From assembly GCA_002633005.1 (NCBI GenBank), contig NMRA01000228.1, forward strand, positions 298,120 through 362,119: DNA of 64,000 nucleotides. The letters run 5' to 3'. Under the pieces are notes generated by a model. It was not told where the DNA came from. It searched no databases and saw only the letters and a list, made by a program, of their open reading frames with translations. A program made the translations under genes and the position numbers. Positions 12,568 through 23,776 of the stretch are shown here, in pieces. The first letter of the stretch is position 1, and each line of letters begins with the position of its first letter. This DNA comes from Phoronis australis. Its lineage: Eukaryota; Animalia; Phoronida.

Positions 12568-13313
12568 GGTTGTGTAGGAACCTAGAAAAATGTCAAATTG
12601 TGGCCAAGTTCAGAACATCGTATCATACAGATGGCTTATCGGATTCACATGAAACTTTTAGATGCTATGCTTTACATGGGCGCACCCAGGGGGCACCCAA
12701 TTTGGCGAATCGGGCAAAAAGGTCCGCCTCAGTGAAAAAAAATCAGAGTAAACGTCACAAAAGTCCACAGAGAACATAGGAAATCGGCGCAGATGCACAA
12801 TTCGTAGGCCTGAACCTAGTGGCCCCGTTTTTTTTTTAGTCCTTGTTGATTTTCTTCAGTAAAAGGTTCCCATATCGAGAAATTCGAGCCCCCCTATATT
12901 GTTGGCTGGGTACGCGCATGCTTTATACTGTTCTCCAGTACTGTTTTAGGAATTAGTCATAAAATGTTCCACTTTTGCATGAGAAGCTATCAAAAATAGG
13001 ACTTATATGATTTTTATGACAAAATCATCAAACGAAAACGAAACGATCGTTTTTGATATTTTATCTTGAACATTTAGATCATGCTAAATTTGGTCGTGTT
13101 ATTGATCCTGCTGTTTTGCTATGAATATACCTTTCTTTTTCGTTACAGTTTTCTAAAAAAGGAATGTCACATTACCTAATTAGTGGCAGGTTGGTATAAA
13201 GTCAAAAATCGAGTTTTGTAGAATGTCTTCTTTCGGAAAATATGTACTCTTTTGCTGAGTTAAATTCTACAGTGTCTAAATGTGCAGACTTGTCGATAAG
13301 GTCCCATATAACC
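12568..13313 (+). mobile_element. Non-autonomous TTAA-flanked DNA transposon (Kolobok-like)
   Basis: TTAA|GGTTGTGTAGGAACCT ... AGGTCCCATATAACC|TTAA: imperfect ~15-bp TIR, GG..CC termini and TTAA TSD. Related pieces at ~9050-9305 and, inverted, at ~46080-46371. Confidence 0.7.
12675..12920. mobile_element. MITE type C nested in the Kolobok-like element
   Basis: CATGGGCGCACCCAG ... CTGGGTACGCGCATG, flanked by CTTTA on both sides. Confidence 0.85.
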
Positions 13314-13757
13314 TTAACTGAATTTGATGTGATGAATAAATGGTGGTGCACCACCATCTAAAATCATGTCAAACTCTGAAAATTTCAGACACAATTTTTT
13401 AGAATATTCTCCCCTTTTCGATTTTGGAAGGAGATCAGCTCAAACCGCTCTTCGTCTATAATATTGTGCGATCCGATGTTGCGGATCCAAGAAGCTGTCG
13501 CCGATTTAAAAGCCAAAATTAATAGCATTCGACGGCAGATTGATGAATGTAAACTATTTGGTTCCCATGACTTGCCTAATGACGCCAATCAATTAGTCCA
13601 ATTAATAATTTGACAATTTTCTCCATTGTAGCTTCGTTCTATACCAAAATACATTGTAACGGCCATTCACACCACTCTGTCATAGTTTTTCTTAAAGACA
13701 TTTATACAAGTACATGTGTGCTAACGTAAATCACGAAAACCTACTTACGTATTTATC

Positions 13758-13788
<31 letters not shown>

Positions 13789-13817
13789 GCATGTGNNNNN
13801 NNNNNNNNNNNNNNNNN

Positions 13818-13849
<32 letters not shown>

Positions 13850-13857
13850 TGTGTGTA
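13758..13857. repeat. (TG)n microsatellite spanning a small gap
   Basis: Direct TG run interrupted by Ns. Confidence 0.95.
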
Positions 13858-14589
13858 TGAATCTATGTATCATTACTCTTTTTGTATCGTTTCTGTAATA
13901 ATTTATCTTTTGTCCAGACATAATATAAATTTGATTTCTGTGCAGTGATGTTATCCGTTTATGTACCTACACTCATGAAGTAAATAACTTTAAGAAATGT
14001 CTGGTGAGAAGGATAGACGAAGAAGCCAGCGGGGCGACTTGAAGTATTAGGCAGCTAGAGTTCACAATGTATTTAATGTATTAACAAGCTTTGCTCCAAC
14101 ATAGCTATGAATGAACTTCACTATGCAGATGACACATGCAGTTGACTTTGGTAATGATTTAAAGCCGCATTTCGTCCTGTTTAGCAGGTTTTAGAACGAA
14201 AAACGAGCATTAGACATTATACTCTCATAAAATTGGTCTCATAATATTTCTTACCGTGATAGAATTTTCATTTTTTTAACCATGCCGAAGGTCAGAAGTT
14301 GCGGTCCTACCGGCGAACTTTGAAAGCTGAAGTTCCGCCCTTTGCGTACGTGCTGCCGGGAACCAGCCGTGCATTTGCCGTGTTGTTAAACATTAAAATG
14401 TCAAATATGTGCACAAAGACTATTAAATGTCATATCAACAGCATTTATTTTTATCAAATACAAACAATAATTCATTGAAATACAAACAGTTTCAAGTAAC
14501 GCCAATTAAAGACAAGTATAAGTGGTGGCATTTTGGAAACGAACATTTGACTGACAAGACCGCAATGGCTCACCTTTGGCCTATTTAAA

Positions 14590-15534
14590 NNNNNNNNNNN
14601 NNNNNNNNNNNNNNNNNNNNNNNNNNNNNNNNNNNNNNNNNNNNNNNNNNNNNNNNNNNNNNNNNNNNNNNNNNNNNNNNNNNNNNNNNNNNNNNNNNNN
14701 NNNNNNNNNNNNNNNNNNNNNNNNNNNNNNNNNNNNNNNNNNNNNNNNNNNNNNNNNNNNNNNNNNNNNNNNNNNNNNNNNNNNNNNNNNNNNNNNNNNN
14801 NNNNNNNNNNNNNNNNNNNNNNNNNNNNNNNNNNNNNNNNNNNNNNNNNNNNNNNNNNNNNNNNNNNNNNNNNNNNNNNNNNNNNNNNNNNNNNNNNNNN
14901 NNNNNNNNNNNNNNNNNNNNNNNNNNNNNNNNNNNNNNNNNNNNNNNNNNNNNNNNNNNNNNNNNNNNNNNNNNNNNNNNNNNNNNNNNNNNNNNNNNNN
15001 NNNNNNNNNNNNNNNNNNNNNNNNNNNNNNNNNNNNNNNNNNNNNNNNNNNNNNNNNNNNNNNNNNNNNNNNNNNNNNNNNNNNNNNNNNNNNNNNNNNN
15101 NNNNNNNNNNNNNNNNNNNNNNNNNNNNNNNNNNNNNNNNNNNNNNNNNNNNNNNNNNNNNNNNNNNNNNNNNNNNNNNNNNNNNNNNNNNNNNNNNNNN
15201 NNNNNNNNNNNNNNNNNNNNNNNNNNNNNNNNNNNNNNNNNNNNNNNNNNNNNNNNNNNNNNNNNNNNNNNNNNNNNNNNNNNNNNNNNNNNNNNNNNNN
15301 NNNNNNNNNNNNNNNNNNNNNNNNNNNNNNNNNNNNNNNNNNNNNNNNNNNNNNNNNNNNNNNNNNNNNNNNNNNNNNNNNNNNNNNNNNNNNNNNNNNN
15401 NNNNNNNNNNNNNNNNNNNNNNNNNNNNNNNNNNNNNNNNNNNNNNNNNNNNNNNNNNNNNNNNNNNNNNNNNNNNNNNNNNNNNNNNNNNNNNNNNNNN
15501 NNNNNNNNNNNNNNNNNNNNNNNNNNNNNNNNNN
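14590..15534. other. Assembly gap
   Basis: Run of N. Confidence 1.
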
Positions 15535-17151
15535 ATCCCGCTGTCCTCCAATATGGCCGACGCGATCCAAACAAAGTGACCCAAATTTCGCCACAAAACT
15601 TGCAATAACTTTACAATGCTTGCCCCGATTTTGATACTTTTTCGATTTTTACTGAGTAGAATGTACTACCTTTCCGATGATAGCAAAGTACTTTTTCAAA
15701 ACGAGGAAAAAAATAAAACCGAAAAAAGTTGGTTCGACCGATATTGGTTTGTAGGTTCGACCCGCCTACGTAAGGAACTAAACACCAATGCTATTTTAAC
15801 ATACTAAGTACGCGTAACATTCCAAAAAAAATCAACGACCACTAACTACAAACTATAAATACACTACATATGCAAACGAATCACGATATATTACTAACAA
15901 AACAAAATAATGAGGACTTTTCGAGCAAGCCATAGCACATTCAGTTACAAGGAAAAAATGGCGGCGTTCAGGACAAGTTCCTGAACTGATGAGCCGGAAA
16001 TGTGGGTACGGAAATAACCGATGACAACCGGTAATCATACGCTCAGAGAGAAAGGTCAAATACTGTTAAAAAATCGCTTTGGCAACTAGAAAGGCGAAAA
16101 GAATATAAAGAAAGGGTGTCGAAAATAAGAATTTATGTAGTAAGTATTTTCGGATACTGGAACCACATGGGCAGTTTGCAAGAAGGACTTTAATTGAGCG
16201 GTGGAATGCAGGTTTAACTATCTCCATTTTTTACATTACGTGCGCCATTTGCAAACCTTTTCAAAACAGGAAAGTTTACTTCAGACAACAGATTTCAGCT
16301 CATTGTTCACTGACGTAACTCTGGGAGACGTATTTCTGTAAGATAACCAATAACGTGATTAACCTTTCACCTCCATTCCCAATGTGTGTTTATGCTAAAA
16401 ACCGGGGGGTGCCTAAGAAGAGTGTAAATTAAAATCTGGTCTTTTCCTCGGGCTTTTAACTCTGACACAAATTTACATTATTCGCATGTCGAGACCTGTC
16501 TTTCGGGTATTCCACTTAAATCACAAGAAAACGAGCGCGCCGTTTAACGCACGTTTTCACTGGCTATTTCTCGATAGTAGCTGGTATCAAAAGGTTCAAC
16601 ATCTCTTGTCCTGTTTCGGAGCCACTCATCCAAACACACTAATACCGTGTAATCGTAGTTGTAAATTAGCAGCTTGTTGACGAATAACTCCTTCCGATAT
16701 GCAAGGTTTGGCAACTTCCGGTAATCAGGTATACAGACACCTCTCAAGAGTTTCTCTCCACAGTCTGGCTCGCCCTGCCATTTGACGTATGCCGCATGCC
16801 ACGGGGTTTTATGGGGATCTCCTGAAAAATGGAAAAACGAACGCGCTTAAGATAAATGATAATGACATACATCGATACTTAATTTACACGGAATGTTCAA
16901 TACATAATTCTTTTCTCGGGAGCCAATTTCTTTCAGTTCTCATTGACTATAATTTTTTCTCGTCATCATCTTTTCTCGGGATCTGGAACTCCTTTATTTT
17001 CACTAAGATCCGTGACTGAGCAAGCATGTGCTTGGTTAAGCTTTGAAGGATAGACTGTATTTATGAGGACACTGATGTTTTACTGAGATTGGTTACCCTG
17101 AAAATGCTGTGAGGCCCTTCCTTGGCATTAAGGTTGTAATTCCCAGCTTAG

Positions 17152-17300
17152 CATGCGCAAACCCAGCTTAACAAATGTGTCTCAAATTTTAGTTGAGAAT
17201 GTGGACTTTTTACTAAGATTCACGGGTTACGTTCAGAGCTATGAATTGTGCGTTCGTCGAATTTTGGTAGTTCCTGCCTTTTAAGTGGACTTTAGTCTCG
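17152..17300. mobile_element. Truncated MITE type C in the GCNT-A intron
   Basis: Starts CATGCGCAAACCCAG; 17195-17299 closely matches 32043-32144 inside the type-C copy at 32001. Confidence 0.65.
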
Positions 17301-18579
17301 TTGGTTCCCTGCGTGTCAATAGGCGGTAGAACACACGCGGGGAACCAGCGAGAGTGACTACAAGGCCAGCCTAGCAATTTTGCTAAAGAAGGCTGATGGA
17401 ACGAACTCGCGTGTAACCAACCGGCAGTTGGAGTTGACGATAACTTGAGTGAAAATTTACTGAAAATCTGAGATCTCAACAAATTCAGACTTACCCATCC
17501 ACAAACGCTGTTCTTTCTAGACGTTCTTTAATTGAACCCTGAATTTGTCATTTACACTGACTTCTACCTCTACCAAGGTACAGATGAGATCTAGAAACCC
17601 GCATCACTATTATGCACAACACTAAGCCGGAGGCATCTGGGCATTATTTCGGTCAGCGATAATCATTCAACATATATCATAAATTTTTACTTTCTCAAGA
17701 AATTAGTTTAATTTTCAAATTTCTCACTATGTTAAGTCCGGCACTGCAACCAATGTAATGAATATTTACTAGTTAGCTGCTGGTTTAATTAGTCATTGAT
17801 ATGACAGCTTTGGTTCATTTCTTTTTTGTTACTATTACACCCTACATCGATTGACATAACATTTTAATTAGTTGACTAATTATTCAATTAATCAGCCACT
17901 TAGTGCACGAATGGCTTCATTACACTGTGTTGTTTTTCGCATTTTGGTAACCCTCTTAGTTTTTAGACTTAAAAATATTTTTAAAAGCGTCAGGTACGCA
18001 ACATGATAAATATTTATGCTGTAGATTATTCATCATTTGCTTCTAGTATAATCATACAATATCATTAGCTGATGAAAAGCTTTCTCATGATATGATTCTT
18101 ATGCAATTCGGCTCATCTAAAACGGAGAAATTGCGAAAAGTTTAATTGACAGCAAAAAACGAGAGACTTTTCCCACTAGCCTAGTGTTAAAATAATCTTT
18201 GCTATCATTTGTCCTAGGTACACAATTTTGGTATCCTATTAGTAAGACCGTGTGGATATATTTTAAGGAAATTGTAAACTTTCGGAGTTAGTCTTGATAA
18301 CTTTGACGTTACGCCTACCAGCTTAGCCGGCAGCGGTAGTACCTACGGTGTGCTTCCCGAATCACCAAAACACAAGCAGACGATCCCCCATTTGACAATA
18401 TTTTGAGCCATTAGACCGCAACACATGTTTTAAAAATATAGACCACGTTTTTCGGAAGAAGTTTTCAGTGATACAGTCCTCGTTCATAGGCCTACTAAAC
18501 AAAAACATTCACCAGCCTAAGCCCCATGTTCCATAGCAAGGAACAACATTGCCCTCTGACACTGCTATACCTACACTAA

Positions 18580-18830
18580 CATGCGCGCACCCAGCCTTCA
18601 ATTTGGGGGGGGGGCTCGAATTCTTGACGTCGTGGACCTCATCCTAACAAAGCAGCGGTCGGACTAAAAAAAAAACGGAAGCACCACTGTGAAGTGCGTG
18701 TTCGCGCTTATTTAGTGGTCTTTTGTCCAGTTTTCTCGGACTTTTTGTTGCTCGGAGGCGGACCTTTTTACCTACTTCGCCAAATGGGGGGCTCGAACGA
18801 GCCCCCTGAGCCCCCCTGGGTGCGCGCATG
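18580..18830. mobile_element. MITE type C
   Basis: Perfect 15-bp TIR CATGCGCGCACCCAG / CTGGGTGCGCGCATG; flanks CTACACTAA / CTACACTGA. Confidence 0.9.
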
Positions 18831-18976
18831 CTACACTGAAAAGTGCCACCGGTACTTTTCGTAGCACTGTGAAAGAGTGTAGGAACAACATCGGAACAAT
18901 CGAATGTAAACAAGTCTCACGCATGCGCGGCGAAGTTAACAGTCATCCTACGTATAGAGTTGTATGGTCTAAAGTT

Positions 18977-19470
18977 AGCCCCAGTCCCATATAAGCACGG
19001 ATGAACACGCAAGATCCGGGATGAACCGTGTTCATTTTGGGGTTTGACGGCCGTTGAACGACGAACTTGGCAGCAATAAGGACAGAATCAACACGGCGCT
19101 CACACAGATGACCACGGATCTTCCCGGAGAATCATTACAAAACGACAGACCAACACGACAGGGACACGGACAGTCCCGAATGACCACGGACCAACACGGA
19201 CTTTTACAGCATCGGACTCATGAACGCGGTCCAACACAGCGGCTACACGGACCAACCCGGATGTCGCCATTTCTCCCGGATCGTCACGTACACACACGGC
19301 AGGTTTGAACTTCCCAAAACTGCCTTGTTGGCCTTCCGGAGCCCCAAGGACCTTCTCGGACGTTTCAGGACCAACATGGATCGCCGCAGACCATCACGGC
19401 AGCTATACAGTTCGCACGCGGGATTGTTCCGGATGATTCGTCTTGATCCGGTACTCATGGGACTGGAGCT
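18977..19470. mobile_element. TIR element (PIF/Harbinger-like MITE) with internal ~10-bp subrepeats
   Basis: AGCCCCAGTCCCAT ... ATGGGACTGGAGCT inverted termini; body built from ACACGGAC/CCCGGAT-like units. The superfamily is a guess from the terminus. Confidence 0.6.
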
Positions 19471-21390
19471 CTATCCAGAAACAATAAGTCACTACCATGG
19501 TCTCCTAAATTAACACTAATTTATCGTTAAACACATACCTATAGAGCCTCCTGGTGATTTGAATACAGGGTTAATTGATGTGTACTGTAGAGATGCCCAG
19601 AATATTTCGTCGGGACTATAAGTTGATTTGGTCCACTCAAGGAAATCTTTAACAATGGAGTCACTCATGACAAATTGTACAAATGGTCTCGAGAACAAAT
19701 TATATGCACTTCCTTTTATAATGACAATGTTATGAGGTGGATTGGTATTATTCACATTCGTATTTACCACTTCAGGAGTAGAGTTAAAAAACAATGCTTC
19801 TTTATACTTTTTTTTCCATTTATACTCTTGCGTAGTGATACGTTTCCCATAAAATCCCAAAATGTCATTTGACCCTTTATAAGCGTGTAAAATTTCCACA
19901 ATCTCCCTATTCGTTTTCAGTGGAAACATTTCTCCGGATAAGTTTATCAAATATCGCCACTTAGAATCACGTTCGAGTAGATCATTAAAACAGTTAAGAT
20001 CAGCTTGTAGTCTACTAAAGCCTGCATATACCACTGTTTCCAAATTTGACGCGACAAAAACATTGGCAAAACAGCTTGTAATGGCCAGAACCCGGCGAGA
20101 GATGGACTGATACATCTGCTTTTCGATCCACGTGCACACAATACAAGTTCTGCGGAGCATATATGGCACGAAGAAGTCTTTCAAACTGTTCCACGTGGTT
20201 ATATAACAGAATGCTGTAAGCTATTGGAAAGTTCTCCTCCTTTTTCGACGACGGTTTCAAAGGATAACGTCTTGAGGATATCCAGTCGTCGCAGTTCGAA
20301 ATTGTTAAAGGACTGGTTACACTTTCAAATTTCGTTCGATTCATTCGACTCATTTCTTTAGAATCGTTTGCTATAAGTTTAGCACAGTTAACTCGCACTT
20401 CATTCTCCTGTTGTTTTGGAAGTGTATTCAACGTGCAATTTGACGTGACAACGACTGCAGATACAGCAATTACAGTACCCGCCACTAAAAACGAGCGTAA
20501 CAGTATCCGTCTGTTGATTATCCCTAAACGGAAGAGACACTTTGCAATGCTCTTCCACGACGAAATTCTGAAAAAGAAACGTATCACAGTTGCATGTTCG
20601 TAAATTTTAGAAATCAGCGCTATTTATGCGTGATTGCGACTATTTTGGTTCATGTTCAGACAAGGGTGGGCACACAGCTACTCTTCAACCCTTGTATTGG
20701 GTTTGCTTCACGAAAAGCCTTCATAAATTGGCTGTCTGCAGAGATTTGGTAACTTCATAAGTAAAGAAACATTTTAAGATATTAATTTATGTGAAATGCT
20801 ATTATTGGGACATCGCAGGTTGAAAACGATTTATACAAATTATCTATTCTGCCAGGGTCCGGGTTCTTATTTGTTCTCGGAATCGAACTCATGGCAATGT
20901 TTCTCTATCATTTCATCTTTATTACGAGTTCCTATTTGATTAATGACATTTTCTAATAATATTGCTAAAAACTGAATCCAAAGTTCATTGACAATAAACT
21001 TAAGGACCCAGTCCTTAAATTTGGAGTGTTGTATGCAAAGATACCCTAATATTTTCAATTATGTTGACAATTCAACGTAGAGTTCACTAAATCGATTTGT
21101 ATCAAAGTCAAAAGTTGACTTAGTAATGAATCTAAGACAATACAAGAAAGGTCAATCGATGTTTCCACAAGTCCAAAAATACGCAGTTAGGAACTTTGTT
21201 GAGTCCCTGATTTGGGACTGTTTCCCGCAACCGGCCACTGGTGACCAGTGCAATGGGTCCACCTGAGTGACCCTCGCACGTCTGGTATAACGTGTACCAG
21301 AACGCCTGCAATTATTTAAACAAAAGTCGTTGAGCAATATAGGAACTGCAGGCGTACTACATAGACAGTCAAACCGAAGGAGGGCGCCTG

Positions 21391-22410
21391 GGAGACAGTG
21401 TGGCTCATTGGTTTGAGTTAGGTCCAGACTCCCATAGAGATCCAGGTTCGAATCCTGGGTTTATTGGCAGGCAATCGAGCATTGCATAAAAGTGTCTCCT
21501 ACTCCTCTGAGCTCGGTTTTACTGGTGAATGTACGCAAGGGAATCATTGAGAACCTGGATACATAGGCGGATTTAGGGGGGGGCAGGGGGCCCGGGCCAC
21601 CTCCCCCCCTTTGGCTGCCGCAAAAAATAAAACAGCAAGAGCGTAGGGAAATGTTGAGTTTATCAATTAAAACCGGTAATTAAAATTATACGGGTGAAAC
21701 AAGATTTAAATGTGTGCAGTTTTAGTGTTTGGGNNNNNNNNNNNNNGCTCAGATCCAATTTCAAATGTTAAATTCGGAACACGGCGCATTCGTAACGGAG
21801 CTATGGCTAAGATTAGGCTCTGCCGCGATATCCCAGGCGACCGGCAGTGGCGCTGCGCACTACGACTCCGTTTCCGTCGTCTGCTCCACTGTGCAATGAA
21901 GAAAATTTACTTCATTTTTTAAAGAAACTGGAACCTGAGTGACGATGAAAAAACAGAAGCTGCTGGTAAGATGTGAATTTTAATCGAAGCCTTAGTGAAT
22001 CACTCAGAAACTCATAATTCTCTCTTTCTCAAACCTTAACTTAAGACGATTTCCAAAGCAATCCCGTCATTATTGTCAGGTCGTGAGTTCGAGTCTCTGG
22101 TACTTGCAGGTTTTCCTGTATGACACACACGTTCTCCGTGTATTTTTTGCCTGTTTTTCTTGGGTAATACTTCAGGAACCAAGGAAAATGCTTGATTTTT
22201 AGAGGAAAAAACAGAAAAATTTCCTGGGCGGGATGGGAGCCCCCCTCCCGACCTACCCCCATTCGGTGCTACTGCTATGTGCATCTACAATCGTGGTTTG
22301 CGCAAATGCTTACAGCCGGACAAAACGTTGCCCCCCTTTGTTTTATCCTAGATCCGCCACTGGGATATAATGCAAAGCGATTTCTGAGGCTCTGCTCATA
22401 TTTTTATATC
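21391..22410 (+). mobile_element. tRNA-derived SINE interrupted by a MITE
   Basis: Pol III A-box TGGCTCATTGG (21401) and B-box GGTTCGAATCC (21445) followed by a non-tRNA body. The 3' boundary is approximate. Confidence 0.6.
21562..22362 (-). mobile_element. MITE type B, 5-bp TSD
   Basis: CATAGGCGGATTTAG ... CTAGATCCGCCACTG, flanked by GGATA on both sides; inverted homolog of 27841-28502. Confidence 0.85.
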
Positions 22411-23570
22411 TCTATCCGCGGGGTAAAGACAGTTACAAAACATTGAGCGATCTCGGTTATTCCAGAGTCGTGAGTTGAAGCACCCCTGTTATCACCAAGC
22501 TGACAGTTTGCCCCGAAAGACCTAACGCTCTCTAACTTGGACTGAAGTTGAAAACATTATCAGAGGCCAGACTATATTTCCGACAATCACGGCAGCCAAG
22601 GCCATGTTCGCAGTGCGTGTAAAGACCAGTGTAACTGACGAGTCTGTTGACTAATTTTGCCGAGAAATCGCAGGGTTCAGTTATCTGGAACCGTACCCTA
22701 AAATTCTGGCTTGATGATTCTATTATGAGCAAAAATGACAAAGTGAAAATGAAGTAAGGAAATTAGGCTTGGTTTGAATGGTTTGTTACTACGAGCACCA
22801 TGAACAATTCAGAAGAGCAAGAAGAGTTCAATACCGCTAGAAGTTGAACTTCGTTAACTAAAACAAGATCACTGCAATGATATTACGCGAGATAAGTTGC
22901 CGTGTATTTTCAAAAAGATCGCTTGACTTTGGACGGATTTTTCTAGCTGCGACATAGCAAACTGAACTCAACCTTGGCAACCGCACAGAGCAATTCTAGC
23001 GGCCAGCCATATGTAGGTCACGCACGGAAGTTGGCAGGCATTCCATTTCTCCAGTTCAATGCCGTTTCGGTGAAGTCCGGCGTGGTCTTTTAAAAGTGAC
23101 TAATAATTAACTCCCAAACCTTTAGATAAAACGTCTTGTCGGTTGCCGGGATATGCTCTTTCGACAGTCCCTGACTCTTGAGTCCGACTTCTCTCAAAGA
23201 ACTGTTGAACAATTTTCGTTCTGGTTCAGGAATGCCAACACTGACTACATCCACTCAGTTTAAACAAGCTTAATTACCGGTACCTAGCCTGTTTGCTTAC
23301 ATTTTACAGCAAAACATTTTCCCGAACCATCAAGATCCCAGCGAATGACGCTGACGTTTCCTAACTTATGAATCGGTCAGTAAAGCTTTCGACGTCCATG
23401 AGTTTGCGACAAGAAAAGCGGTAACACTACTTATGAGAGACACCCTGTGACCTTTTTGCCATAGTCAAGTTGACGTCACTGTGGCAAAAAACATGCCTGC
23501 TCAGCTGAGCGCATTCTCATTCGACTCGATAGACACAAAGTTTCATTTCCTGGTGCCGCTATGTACATTT

Positions 23571-23776
23571 CATGCGCGCATTCAGGGGTGAAGTGGGCAA
23601 AAAGGTCCGCCTCAGAGAAACAAAAAGTCCGAGAAAACGTGACAAAAGTGCACTAAAAAGACGCAGACACGCACAGTTCTAATTTTTTTTAGTCCTACCA
23701 ACGTTTTGTCAGCAAAGGGTCCACATCGACAGACTGAATTCGAACCCCTCCATTTTCAAGGCTGGGTGCGCGCATG
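23571..23776. mobile_element. MITE type C, 5-bp TSD
   Basis: CATGCGCGCATTCAG ... CTGGGTGCGCGCATG, flanked by CATTT on both sides. Confidence 0.85.

Larger units (their letters stand above)
16544..20567 (-). pseudogene. GCNT: GCNT (GT14 core-2/I-branching beta-1,6-N-acetylglucosaminyltransferase) paralog A, frameshifted; exons 20567-19539 and 16821-16544
   Basis: Motifs EENFPIAYSILLY, FERLLRAIYAPQNLYCVHVDRK, SRLQADLNC, WRYLINLSGEMFPLKTNREIV, KGSAY, YSPDEIFW and RGVCI..ELFVNK. Same phase-1 intron as paralog B (ATA G|gtatgt ... tttcag|GA GAT). A net 4-nt insertion at ~20092-20095 shifts the frame. Confidence 0.8.

Noticed and set aside
12185-12779. Two ORFs with identical C-termini as duplicated genes
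   Set aside because: They lie in repeat DNA duplicated across an N; the same applies to 58185-58484 and 59172-59471.
14472-15634. Long ORFs of 329-377 aa in the ORF track
   Set aside because: Artefacts of reading through the N gap; the same applies to 52275-52736.
21391-21460. tRNA gene
   Set aside because: A and B boxes are present but there is no convincing acceptor or anticodon stem; it is better explained as a SINE head.
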